Positions 42,282 to 51,391 of a DNA stretch of 64,000 nucleotides are shown here, piece by piece; within the stretch, counting starts at the first letter, position 1; each line of letters begins with the position of its first letter. The position numbers and the translations under genes are program-made. The notes beneath the pieces were generated by a model, which saw only the letters and a program-made list of their open reading frames with translations, had not been told where the DNA came from and made no database searches. The DNA is from an uncultured Acidobacteriota bacterium (GTDB lineage: Bacteria > Acidobacteriota > Thermoanaerobaculia > UBA5066), in the NCBI GenBank assembly GCA_963721385.1, contig CAVRJB010000019.1:901513-965512 (forward strand). The letters are read 5' to 3'.

Positions 42282-42617
42282 TCAGTACTCTTCGTCGTCG
42301 GTCTCGGGGCCCTGAAGGCCCGTGGCCGCTTCGCCGAGCGGCAATTCTTCTTCGTCGTCGAGGCGCTTGAGGTTGGGGTCCTCCGCTTCGGGAGTGCTCC
42401 CTTCCTCGTCGTCGCGCGAGCGCTCGAACATCTCCGGATCCGCGAACTCGTCGCGCTTGGCGCGACGGGCCGCCTGCAGCATCACGGGGGACGTGGGCTG
42501 CGGCGGCGCTTCCTTCTGGTCGGCGCCGCATTTCGGACAGAGGACCGGCGTTTTCCGGAGGTCGTAGAACTTGGTCCCGCACTTGAAGCAGGAATGTTTC
42601 AGTCCCAAGTCGGGCAT
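42282..42617 (-). CDS. FYDLN_acid family zinc-ribbon protein (TIGR02300-like)
   Basis: C-terminal 111 aa of ORF 42282..43724, from ATG 42617: MPDLGLKHSCFKCGTKFYDLRKTPVLCPKCGADQ plus an acidic tail ending DDEEY. Confidence 0.75.
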   Translation of the reverse strand: MPDLGLKHSCFKCGTKFYDLRKTPVLCPKCGADQKEAPPQPTSPVMLQAARRAKRDEFADPEMFERSRDDEEGSTPEAEDPNLKRLDDEEELPLGEAATGLQGPETDDEEY

Positions 42618-42704
42618 CGTTCCCCCAAAGAAAAAGGCGGGCGGAACATAGCATCCAGGTTGCGGCGGGTCAACGACTTGCCCAGGGCTAGACTCCCCCC
42701 GTCG

Positions 42705-43850
42705 ATGCTGGGCTTCTCGGTTCTCGGACGGGACGGCGCCTCGGCAGCGCGCCGGGGACGCCTGGTCCTGGATCACGGCTCCGTCGAGACCCCCGCGTTC
42801 ATGCCGGTCGGCACCGCCGGGACCGTCAAGGCGGTCCGATGGGAGGACGTCTCGAGGGCGGGCGCGGAAATCGTCCTCGCGAACACCTACCACCTGATGC
42901 TCCGGCCGGGCGGCGACACCATCCGGCGGCTCGGGGGGCTCCACCGCTTCTCGGGCTGGACCGGTCCCATCCTGACGGATTCCGGCGGATTCCAGGTGAT
43001 GTCCCTTGCCGCGAACCGGAGGCTCTCGCCGGAGGGAGTCGCGTTCCGGAGTCACCTCGACGGCAGGGAATTCCTGTTGACGCCCGAGCGTGCGATGGAG
43101 CTCCAGGCTCGCGACTTCGGCGTCGACGTGGCGATGGTCCTCGACGAGTGCACGCCGCATCCGGCGACGCTCGCCGAGGCGCGCATCTCGATGGAGCGGA
43201 CCCACCACTGGGCGGCGCTTTCGCTGGCGCGCTTCCGGGAGATCGCCGGGGACGGGGGGCGCGGCGCGCTCTTCGGCATCGTCCAGGGCGGGATGCACGT
43301 GGAGCTCCGCGCGGAGAGCGTCGCCACGCTCTCCGCGATGCCCTTCGACGGCATCGCCTGCGGCGGCCTCTCCGTCGGAGAACCCAAGGAGGAGATGCGC
43401 CACCTGGTGGCCTTCACCGGCCCGCGACTCCCCCGGGAGAGGCCCCGCTATCTCATGGGCGTCGGGCGGCCCGACGACCTCGTTCACGCGGTGGCGCACG
43501 GCTTCGACATGTTCGATTGCGTCCTCCCGACGCGGGCCGCCCGGCACGGGCTGCTCTACACCTCGGAGGGGACGCTCACGATCAAGCAGGCTCGCTACCG
43601 CGAGGACGCCGGGCCCCCCGATCCCGCCTGCGCCTGCCCGACCTGCCGTTCCTGCTCGCGGGCCTACCTGCGGCACCTGTTCGTCTCCGGCGAGCCGACA
43701 GCGGCCACGCTTCTGACGGTTCACAACCTGACGTCGATCCTTGACTTGATGCGCCGAATCCGTGACGCTCTCGAAACGAACACGTTCGGGGCGCTCGCCG
43801 CCGGAACTGCGGTGCGCTCCCGGACCGACGACCGAAAGGACGCCCGATGA
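42705..43850 (+). CDS. tgt: Queuine tRNA-ribosyltransferase
   Basis: Within ORF 42234..43850, from ATG 42705: ...GRLVLDHGSVETPAFMPVGTAGTVKAV...LANTYHLMLRPG...ILTDSGGFQV...VQGG...GGLSVGE...YLMGVGRPDDL...CACPTCRSCSRAYLRHL. Confidence 0.92.
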   Translation: MLGFSVLGRDGASAARRGRLVLDHGSVETPAFMPVGTAGTVKAVRWEDVSRAGAEIVLANTYHLMLRPGGDTIRRLGGLHRFSGWTGPILTDSGGFQVMSLAANRRLSPEGVAFRSHLDGREFLLTPERAMELQARDFGVDVAMVLDECTPHPATLAEARISMERTHHWAALSLARFREIAGDGGRGALFGIVQGGMHVELRAESVATLSAMPFDGIACGGLSVGEPKEEMRHLVAFTGPRLPRERPRYLMGVGRPDDLVHAVAHGFDMFDCVLPTRAARHGLLYTSEGTLTIKQARYREDAGPPDPACACPTCRSCSRAYLRHLFVSGEPTAATLLTVHNLTSILDLMRRIRDALETNTFGALAAGTAVRSRTDDRKDAR

Positions 43851-44179
43851 CTCTCGCTTTCCTTCAGCAGGCCGCTCCCCCTGCGGGACCTCTCCAGGGC
43901 CTCGCGAGCTTTCTCCCGATCATCCTGGTCTTCGTCATCTTCTATTTCGTCCTCCTCGCGCCGATGCGGAAGCAGCAGAAGAAGACGAAGGAGATGCTCT
44001 CGCACCTCAAGAAGGGCGACCGCGTCGTCACCTCGGGCGGCATCTACGGGACGGTCGCCCAGGTCGAGGACCCGGTCGTCTGGGTGAAGATCGCTGACAC
44101 GGTCAAGGTGAAGATGGCCAAGAGCGCCATCACGGCCGTCGTCGAGGACGGCGAGACCCCGAAAGAACCCGCCGCCTGA
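43847..44179 (+). CDS. yajC: Preprotein translocase subunit YajC
   Basis: ORF 43847..44179. One TM, then LKKGDRVVTSGGIYGTVAQVED. ATGA overlap with tgt. Confidence 0.9.
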   Translation: MTLAFLQQAAPPAGPLQGLASFLPIILVFVIFYFVLLAPMRKQQKKTKEMLSHLKKGDRVVTSGGIYGTVAQVEDPVVWVKIADTVKVKMAKSAITAVVEDGETPKEPAA

Positions 44180-44234
44180 CGGCGCGACCCGCCCCTCGAG
44201 GGGGAGGAGGACGGATACGGCCGCACCCCCGATC

Positions 44235-45431
44235 GTGATCCTGCAGACGTCGGACTGGCACGTCGGCTCGGCGCTGACCGGGCGCGGGCTGTCCTGGCCC
44301 GCAGAGCTCCGGGCCGAGCGCCGCGACGAGGTCGACGGCGCGCCCGAGCGCGCCGTCCGGGCGGCGCGCGAAGCCGGCGCGGACGCCCTGCTCGTGCCGG
44401 GCGACCTCTGGGACGCCGAGAGCGCGCCGCCGTCGTCGATACACCGCCTTCTCGAGGCGCTCGCCTCGTTCGCGCCGCGTCCCGTCTTCGTCGCGCCCGG
44501 GAACCACGACTTTGCCGGGCGAGGCGGCTTCTACGACCCGTCGGTCCTTGCCGCGCTCGGGATGCGGGCCTGGCCGGAGAACGTCGTCGTCTTCCGGGAA
44601 CCGTCGTGGACCGTCGCCCTGTTTCCGGGGCGTCCGGACGTCGCCGTCGTCGGCCGCGCGTTCCTCTCGGCCGCCGCGGTGGCGGACCGGCCGCTCGCGC
44701 CGCCGCCGCCCCGGCCCGCGGTCCCGCACGCGCTGCTCCTCCTCCACGGGTCGCTCGAGACCTACCCGGGCGCCGACGCACCCCGCGGCGCAAAGGTGAC
44801 GGCGCCCTTCTCACGGCGCGAGCTGCTGAACGCCGGCTTCTCGTGGGCCGCGCTCGGCCACCACCACCACCAGTACCTCGTCGCCGACGACGCGGGCGGG
44901 CCGCGAGCCGCCTACGCGGGCTGCCCGACGGGGCGCGGCCTCGACGAGACGGGGCTGCGCGTCTTCCTGAAGGTCACCGTCCGCGACGGCGAGCCGGCCG
45001 AGGTCGAGGCGATCCCCGCCGACGCGCGAACCGTCTACGACGTGGAGATCGACGCCTCGGAACTCGACGCGCCGGCGCTCCAGTCGAAGGCGGACGCCGT
45101 CTTCGGGCGCGAGGGGATTGCAGCGCCGGACGTCGTCCGCGTGACGCTCCGGGGCGCCCAGCCGTTCGGAGCTCAGCCGGCGGCAGCGCTCGAGCCGCTC
45201 GCCGTACGAGTCAGGCACCTCGTCGTCCGCGACCTGACATCGCCGCCCGCGCCGGCGGCCGAGGGGCCCGGACTTCCGACCGCAGAGGGACGCTTCCTCT
45301 CGGAGCTCAAGGGCCGTGTCGACTCCGCTCCGGACGAGGCAGCCCGCCGGGTGGCCTCTCTCGCGCTCCGCCTCGGGTGCGACGCCCTCGCGGGGCGGCC
45401 CGTACGGCCGCCGGACGCGGAGCGCCCGTGA
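44235..45431 (+). CDS. DNA repair exonuclease, SbcD/YhaO-like metallophosphoesterase
   Basis: ORF 44235..45431 (GTG). Calcineurin-like motifs SDWHVG, VPGDLWD, APGNHD, LLLHGS, LGHHH. Confidence 0.75.
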   Translation: MILQTSDWHVGSALTGRGLSWPAELRAERRDEVDGAPERAVRAAREAGADALLVPGDLWDAESAPPSSIHRLLEALASFAPRPVFVAPGNHDFAGRGGFYDPSVLAALGMRAWPENVVVFREPSWTVALFPGRPDVAVVGRAFLSAAAVADRPLAPPPPRPAVPHALLLLHGSLETYPGADAPRGAKVTAPFSRRELLNAGFSWAALGHHHHQYLVADDAGGPRAAYAGCPTGRGLDETGLRVFLKVTVRDGEPAEVEAIPADARTVYDVEIDASELDAPALQSKADAVFGREGIAAPDVVRVTLRGAQPFGAQPAAALEPLAVRVRHLVVRDLTSPPAPAAEGPGLPTAEGRFLSELKGRVDSAPDEAARRVASLALRLGCDALAGRPVRPPDAERP

Positions 45432-48361
45432 GGATCGAGCGGATCCGGATCGACGGCTTCGGAGCACTCACCTGCGCCGATATCGCCTGGCCGGAAGACC
45501 GCCTTCTCCTCGTGGTCGACCAGAACGAGACCGGGAAGACGACGCTCTGCGAGGCGGTCGTCACCGCCCTTTACGGACTGCCCCGGGGGCGCGGCCAGGC
45601 GCCTCGGCTCCGCGAGCTGCGCCGGCCCCGGAGCGGCGCGCCGCTCCGCGTGGGCCTCGACCTCTCCGCAGGGGGCCGGCGCTTCTCCGTCGACCGCGAC
45701 CTCGACGCCGGGACGGTCCGGATCGTCGACCGCGACCGGGGGCTCGACGCCACCCGGGAGTTCCTCCGCCCCGGCGGGCGCGATGCGTTCGGCGAGATGG
45801 CCACCGGCGGCCTCAGCGAGGCGCTCTTTCGCGCCTCGGCGTACGTCTCCCAGAACGTGCTCGACCGCGACAGCCTCGATTCGTCGCTCACGGTCGAGCT
45901 CGCGCGGATCGCCGACTCGGGAGGCGGCGAGGCGTCGGTCGTGCGGGCGCTGGGGCTTCTCGACGCGGCGCGGAAAGCGATGCTCGACGCGACGACCGGG
46001 AGCACGGTCTCGGTCGAAACCGAGATCGTGCGCCTCTCGCGAAAGCTCGAGACCCTTCGCGCCGAGCGGGCGGAGCTGGCGGGCTTCAGGGACGCGGCGG
46101 CCGAGGCGTCGGCGCTCCTCGCGGCCCGGACGCGGGCACGCGACGACGCGAGGCGCCGCACCCATCTCGCGGAGGTCACGGTCGTCGAGGCGGAGCGGCG
46201 GACCCTCGCCCGCCGGCTCGCGGCTCTGACGGCGGCGCGCGAGGCCCTCCGGTCAGCCGAAGCCGAGTCCGCCGCCCTGGCGCGGGACGCGGAGCTCTTC
46301 GGCCCGGAAGCCCTCGCGGAGATAGACGGCTTCAGGGAGCGGCGCGGGGCCCGGCCCCAGGCTCTCCGCGAGGCGCGCATCGCACTCGGCGCAGCCCGGG
46401 CGGAGGCCGAGCGGGCCGAGCGGGACCGCCTGCGGCTCTTCGGCGAAGCGCTGCGCCTCTCCGACGAGGAGCGCCGCCGGGCGCGAACCCTCCTCGACGG
46501 GTCGATCGAGGCCGCCGAGGAGCGGTCCGCCGCCGAGACGGCGCTCGCGGCCCAGTGGGAGGAGCTCCGGAAGGAGGGCCTCGCCGACGACCTCGCGAAG
46601 CTGGAGGCGCTTCCGCCCGCGGAGCGGAGCTTCGTGGCGGCGGCGGACGACGAGCGGGGGTCGCGCGAGCTGGAGGGAGTGAAGCTCGACCGGAAGGTCG
46701 CCGACGCGGCGGCGCTCGTCTCGATCATCACGGGCGAGCGGCGGGAGCGCGTGACGCGCGCGCGAGCGCTCGTGGTGGTCGCGGGGATCCTCGTTCCCGT
46801 CGTGCTGGTTCTCGCGCTGACGAAAGCCTCGTTCGCGGTGACGGTCGCCGCGGGCGTCTTCGCCTTCGCTCTCGGCGTCTTCGGCGGTGTGGCCTGGTTC
46901 AGCGGCTCCCGGCACCGCCTCGCCGAGCAGGCGCGCGCGCGCGGCGACGAAACGTCCCACCGGCAGAAGGCCGCCGAGGTTCGGCGGCGGCTCTCGGATC
47001 TCCGGCAGCGGCTCGAGCGGACGGCGCGCGGCGCGGGATTTCCCGACGCCTCCTCGCTCGTCCGGGCCCATCGGCGGCTGCGGGCCGCCGACGAGCTCCG
47101 CCGGGCGCTCCTCTCACGGACGGCCCAACGCGACGCAGCGAGCGACCGCGTCCGCCAGCTCTCCGCGGAGCTCGCTTCTCTTGCCCCCGCCCTCGGCCTT
47201 CCGGACGGGCCGCCTCCACCCGAGGCGGCGCGCCGCGCGCTGGCGTTCCTTTCGGAGCTCGAGGCGCGGCTGGAGGAGGACCGGACGGCCTCCGCGGTCC
47301 TCGCGCGCGAGGAGGAGCGGCTCGCCCGCGAGGGCGCCGACCTCGCCGCCCTCGAGGACCGGCTCCGCGCCGCCTTCGCGCGGGCAGGGGCGCCGCCTGG
47401 CCTCGCAGTCGCGGAGGCGTTCGCGTTTGTCGAGGCGGGCCGGCGGCGCGCGGCGCGCTGGAAGGAGCTCCTCGAGGTGGAGCTCCCGGCGCGGCGCGAG
47501 GCGGTGCGCGACGAGGAGATCGGCGAGCTGACGGAGCGGGTCGCTTCACTGGCGGCGGAGGTCCTTTCGAGGCTCGGAAGCCTTGGCGCCGACGAGACGG
47601 CGCTGCCGGAGGCGCCCGCGCCCGAGGCGGCCCGCCGCGCGGCCGCGGTGGCGCGCGCGGCCCTCGAAGCGGCCGAAGGCGAGTGCCTCGCGGCCGAGCG
47701 GGAGCTCGGGGCCGCGGCCCGGCGCGGAGGGGAGAGAGCCCGCGCCTGCGAGGAGAGCCTCGACGAGGCCGAAGCGTTCCTTGTCCGCGCAACGCTCTTC
47801 CGCGACGCGCTCGACCTCGCGCACCGGACGCTGACCGGCGCGGCGGCGGCCGTCTACGGCGACTTCCGGCGCGGGCTTTCCCGCGCGTCGCGGGCGATCC
47901 TCGAAAGCTGGCGCGTGCCGTACGAGGCGCTCGAGTTCTCCGACGACCTGTCGCTGACCGCGGTCGCGCGCGGCGGGCGCGTCTCGACGAAGGGGGAGAT
48001 TGAGAGCGCGCTCTCGACCGGGGCGCGCGAGCAGCTGCACCTGACGGCGCGACTCGCGGTCCTCCGCTACCTCGGGACGGGAGCGGAGGGCGTTCCGCTG
48101 CTCCTCGACGACCCGCTCACCGGCGCCGACGACGAGCGCTTCGTCTCGGTCATGCGGTTTCTCGCGTCGAACGTCCTCGCGGAACGGCCCGTCCTGCTCG
48201 TCTCCTGCCACGGCTGGCGGCACGAAAAGCTCCTCGAGGCGCTGCCCGCCGAGGTCAGCGCCCGGCTGACGCGGGTGTCGCTCGCCACTTTCTCGTCGAA
48301 GCCTGCGGTTGCGGCCGAATCCGGGCCGTCGGAGGCGGACGAGCCCGGTCCGCCGGCCTGA
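45428..48361 (+). CDS. AAA/SMC-like ATPase, SbcC/YhaN-like, with a central predicted transmembrane hairpin
   Basis: Within ORF 44606..48361, from GTG 45428 (GTGA overlap). Walker A DQNETGKTT. Very long Ala/Arg/Glu coiled coils. Hydrophobic ALVVVAGILVPVVLVLALTKASFAVTVAAGVFAFALGVFGGVAWF mid-protein. C-terminal signature/Walker B LSTGAREQLHLTARLA...PLLLDDPL. Confidence 0.75.
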   Translation: MRIERIRIDGFGALTCADIAWPEDRLLLVVDQNETGKTTLCEAVVTALYGLPRGRGQAPRLRELRRPRSGAPLRVGLDLSAGGRRFSVDRDLDAGTVRIVDRDRGLDATREFLRPGGRDAFGEMATGGLSEALFRASAYVSQNVLDRDSLDSSLTVELARIADSGGGEASVVRALGLLDAARKAMLDATTGSTVSVETEIVRLSRKLETLRAERAELAGFRDAAAEASALLAARTRARDDARRRTHLAEVTVVEAERRTLARRLAALTAAREALRSAEAESAALARDAELFGPEALAEIDGFRERRGARPQALREARIALGAARAEAERAERDRLRLFGEALRLSDEERRRARTLLDGSIEAAEERSAAETALAAQWEELRKEGLADDLAKLEALPPAERSFVAAADDERGSRELEGVKLDRKVADAAALVSIITGERRERVTRARALVVVAGILVPVVLVLALTKASFAVTVAAGVFAFALGVFGGVAWFSGSRHRLAEQARARGDETSHRQKAAEVRRRLSDLRQRLERTARGAGFPDASSLVRAHRRLRAADELRRALLSRTAQRDAASDRVRQLSAELASLAPALGLPDGPPPPEAARRALAFLSELEARLEEDRTASAVLAREEERLAREGADLAALEDRLRAAFARAGAPPGLAVAEAFAFVEAGRRRAARWKELLEVELPARREAVRDEEIGELTERVASLAAEVLSRLGSLGADETALPEAPAPEAARRAAAVARAALEAAEGECLAAERELGAAARRGGERARACEESLDEAEAFLVRATLFRDALDLAHRTLTGAAAAVYGDFRRGLSRASRAILESWRVPYEALEFSDDLSLTAVARGGRVSTKGEIESALSTGAREQLHLTARLAVLRYLGTGAEGVPLLLDDPLTGADDERFVSVMRFLASNVLAERPVLLVSCHGWRHEKLLEALPAEVSARLTRVSLATFSSKPAVAAESGPSEADEPGPPA

Positions 48362-48511
48362 CGGGGCGGTTGCCCGCGACCGCCTCCTCCCGTAGACTCC
48401 GCCGGTTCGCCCGGGTGACCCGGGCGCGATCCCGCGGTTTCAGGGAAGCGTCGAGCGGCGTCCTCTTGCCGCCGCCGTTCTCTCCTCGGACCGCACCCGG
48501 AGGTTTCGTCC

Positions 48512-50143
48512 GTGCAAAAGCCCGTCGGATGGCGCGTGGCCCTGACGCTCGCCGTCCTCGTAGGATCCATCGTCGCCTACTGGTGGCGCGGCCACGAGGC
48601 GCTCAAGGTCAACCCCGCGGCGCCGCCGAACCCGACCGTGGGCGACATATTCCGCAACGGCCTGAAGCTGGGGCTGGACCTCCGCGGAGGCATTCACCTC
48701 GTCATGCAGGTCAAGACCTCGGACGCGCTCCGCGTCGAGGCGCAGGACGCGCTCGAGCACGTCAAGGACGAGGCCGGGAAACGGGGCGTTGCCCTGACGC
48801 CCGCCGGGCCCGCCGACGCCACGGGCTTCGTCCTCGCGCTGAACGAGAAGAGCGAGCCGACGAAGCTCCGCGACCTGCTGAAGACGGCCCTCCCTCCGAA
48901 CGCGTGGGACGTCTCCGAGCGCGGGCGCGAGTGGAAGGTCTCCCTGAAGGACGTCGAGCGGAGTGCCATCGAGGACCAGGCCGTTCGGCAGGCCGTCGAG
49001 ACGGTGCGCAACCGCGTCGACGCGCTCGGCGTCGCCGAGCCCTTCATCGGCCGCCAGGGGACGGACCGGATCCTGATCCAGCTTCCCGGCGTCGACGACC
49101 CGGGCCGCGTCAAGGAGATCATCGGGACGACCGGCCTCCTCGAGCTGAAGCTCGTGGACGACAAGGGCGGCCCCTACACGAAGCCCGAGGACGCCACCGC
49201 CTCCTACGGCGGCTCCATCCCGCCCGAGCTCGTCCTCGTCGAGGGCTTCAACGAGGACGCCGAGGCCCGGACCCGCACACCGGTCTACTACGGGCTGAGG
49301 AGGGCGTCCGTCGTGACGGGCCGCGACTTGAAGAACGCCCGGGTCAGCCGCGACAAGTTCAACCAGCCGGCGGTCGAGTTCTTCCTGAACGCGGCCGGGG
49401 CCGTGAAGTTCGGCGACGCGACCGGCAAGAACGTCGGCAAGCGCCTCGCGATCGTCCTCGACAACCGCGTCCAGTCGGCCCCGGTCATCAACAGCCGGAT
49501 CGACTCGAACGGGATCATCGAGGGGAACTTCACCCAGGAGAAGGCCGAGGCGCTCACGCTCGTCCTGAAGTCGGGCGCCCTCCCGGCGGAGATGATCATC
49601 CTGGAGGAGCGGACCGTCGGGCCGTCCCTCGGTCTCGACTCGATCAAGAGGGGAGTCCTCGCCTCGATCGTGGGGATGCTCCTCGTCTTCGTCGCGACGA
49701 TCTTCTACTACCGGCTCGCGGGCGTGAACGCCGTCGTCGCGCTGATCCTGAACGCGATCATCCTGCTCGGGGCGATGGCGTGGCTGAACGCGACGCTCAC
49801 CCTGCCCGGCATCGCGGGCTTCATCCTGACGATCGGCATGGCCGTCGACTCGAACGTCCTGATCTTCGAGCGGATCCGCGAGGAGATGGACGGCGGCAAG
49901 GCGCCGCGGGCCGCGATCGACCTCGGCTTCAAGCGGGCCTTCGGCACGATCATCGACACCCACGTCACCACGATCTCGGCCGCGGCGTTCCTCTTCCAGT
50001 TCGGCACCGGGCCCGTGAGGGGCTTTGCCGTCACCCTGGTCATCGGCCTTGCGGCCTCGATGTTCACCGCGGTCTTCGTCTCCCACCTCCTCTTCGACCT
50101 CCACTACGGGTCGAAGCCGAAGGTCGAGACGATCTCCATCTGA
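48512..50143 (+). CDS. secD: Protein translocase subunit SecD
   Basis: ORF 48512..50143 (GTG, GGAGG SD). LGLDLRGGIHLVMQV..., C-terminal 6-TM domain. Confidence 0.92.
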   Translation: MQKPVGWRVALTLAVLVGSIVAYWWRGHEALKVNPAAPPNPTVGDIFRNGLKLGLDLRGGIHLVMQVKTSDALRVEAQDALEHVKDEAGKRGVALTPAGPADATGFVLALNEKSEPTKLRDLLKTALPPNAWDVSERGREWKVSLKDVERSAIEDQAVRQAVETVRNRVDALGVAEPFIGRQGTDRILIQLPGVDDPGRVKEIIGTTGLLELKLVDDKGGPYTKPEDATASYGGSIPPELVLVEGFNEDAEARTRTPVYYGLRRASVVTGRDLKNARVSRDKFNQPAVEFFLNAAGAVKFGDATGKNVGKRLAIVLDNRVQSAPVINSRIDSNGIIEGNFTQEKAEALTLVLKSGALPAEMIILEERTVGPSLGLDSIKRGVLASIVGMLLVFVATIFYYRLAGVNAVVALILNAIILLGAMAWLNATLTLPGIAGFILTIGMAVDSNVLIFERIREEMDGGKAPRAAIDLGFKRAFGTIIDTHVTTISAAAFLFQFGTGPVRGFAVTLVIGLAASMFTAVFVSHLLFDLHYGSKPKVETISI

Positions 50144-50161
50144 GGGGAAGGACAAGGACCC

Positions 50162-51391
50162 GTGCGTCTCTTCAAGAACACCCACATCGACTTCCTCGGC
50201 GTCAAGTGGATCTGCATCGGGATCTCGATCGCCCTGTCGGTCATCGGCCTCGTCTCGCTCCTCCTCAAGGGGGGGCCACGGCTCGGCATCGACTTCACGG
50301 GCGGCGCGCAGATCGTCTACGCGTTCAGCCAGAAGCCCGACGAGAACCAGATCCGGTCGATCGTCGAGGCGGCGGGCGTCAAGGTCGACTCCGTCCAGCG
50401 CTTCGACAAGGCCGAGAAGAACGAGGTCCTTCTCCGGATCCCGATGGAGAAGAAGGAGGGGCGCGACCTCTCCCGCGAGGTCACGGCGTCCCTTCAGAAA
50501 GCCCTCTTCCCGAAGGGGACGGAGGCGGGCGCCTTCGACCTGAACCTGAACGGCCAGGACGTCCTCCTTTCGAAGCTCCTCGCGGACGACCCGGAGAAGT
50601 TCGCCGCGCGCCCCTCCGTCGACCCGAAGACGGAGTACACGCGGATCGCGCAGGCGATCATCTCGAAGCGGTCGGAGATGACGCTCTTTCATTCGATCGG
50701 CGAGGCGGCCTCGGCGCCGGGCGTCCCGGCCGCGACCGCCGCCTGGCTGAAGGAAAAGGCTGTCGTCGGGCCCTTCACCCAGCTCAACGCGGAGAACGTC
50801 GGCCCGCAGGTCGGGAAGGACCTCCGCGAGAAGGGGACATGGGCGATCGTCCTCTCCTGGGCGGCGATGCTGGCCTACGTCGGCATCCGCTTCCGGTCCT
50901 TCTCGTTCGGGGCGGCGGCCGTCGTCGCCTTGATGCATGACACCTGGGTGACGCTCGGACTCTGCTCGATCCTGAACGTCGAGATCTCGCTGACGGTCGT
51001 CGCCGCGTTCCTGACGCTGATCGGCTACTCGATGAACGACACCGTCGTCGTCTACGACCGGATCCGCGAGAACATGCAGAAGTCGCGGAAGAAGCCAATG
51101 GTCGAGCTCATCAACGAGTCGATCAACCAGACGCTCTCCCGGACGGTTCTGACGTCGGTCCTGACCTTCATCGTCGTCATCGTCCTCTTCTTCATGGGGG
51201 GCGAGGTCCTGCGGCCGTTCTCGTTCGTCATGATGGTCGGCATCATCATCGGGACCTACTCCTCGATCTTCATCGCGGCGCCGCTCGTCGTCGTCTGGGA
51301 GGAGTGGAAGCAGAAGCGCTCGGCCCGGAAGCCCGCGTCCGCCCCGACCGCTCCCTCGGGCAAGAAGGCCGCGGCCGCGAAGGCGCGCTAA
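50162..51391 (+). CDS. secF: Protein translocase subunit SecF
   Basis: ORF 50162..51391. LGIDFTGGAQIVY...GYSMNDTVVVYDRIREN. Confidence 0.92.
   Translation: MRLFKNTHIDFLGVKWICIGISIALSVIGLVSLLLKGGPRLGIDFTGGAQIVYAFSQKPDENQIRSIVEAAGVKVDSVQRFDKAEKNEVLLRIPMEKKEGRDLSREVTASLQKALFPKGTEAGAFDLNLNGQDVLLSKLLADDPEKFAARPSVDPKTEYTRIAQAIISKRSEMTLFHSIGEAASAPGVPAATAAWLKEKAVVGPFTQLNAENVGPQVGKDLREKGTWAIVLSWAAMLAYVGIRFRSFSFGAAAVVALMHDTWVTLGLCSILNVEISLTVVAAFLTLIGYSMNDTVVVYDRIRENMQKSRKKPMVELINESINQTLSRTVLTSVLTFIVVIVLFFMGGEVLRPFSFVMMVGIIIGTYSSIFIAAPLVVVWEEWKQKRSARKPASAPTAPSGKKAAAAKAR

Noticed and set aside
48419-48435. Hairpin gcccggg-tga-cccgggc downstream of the AAA ATPase gene as a terminator.
   Set aside because: The stem is only 7 bp with a 3-nt loop and no U-tract. 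Transcription may well continue into secD.
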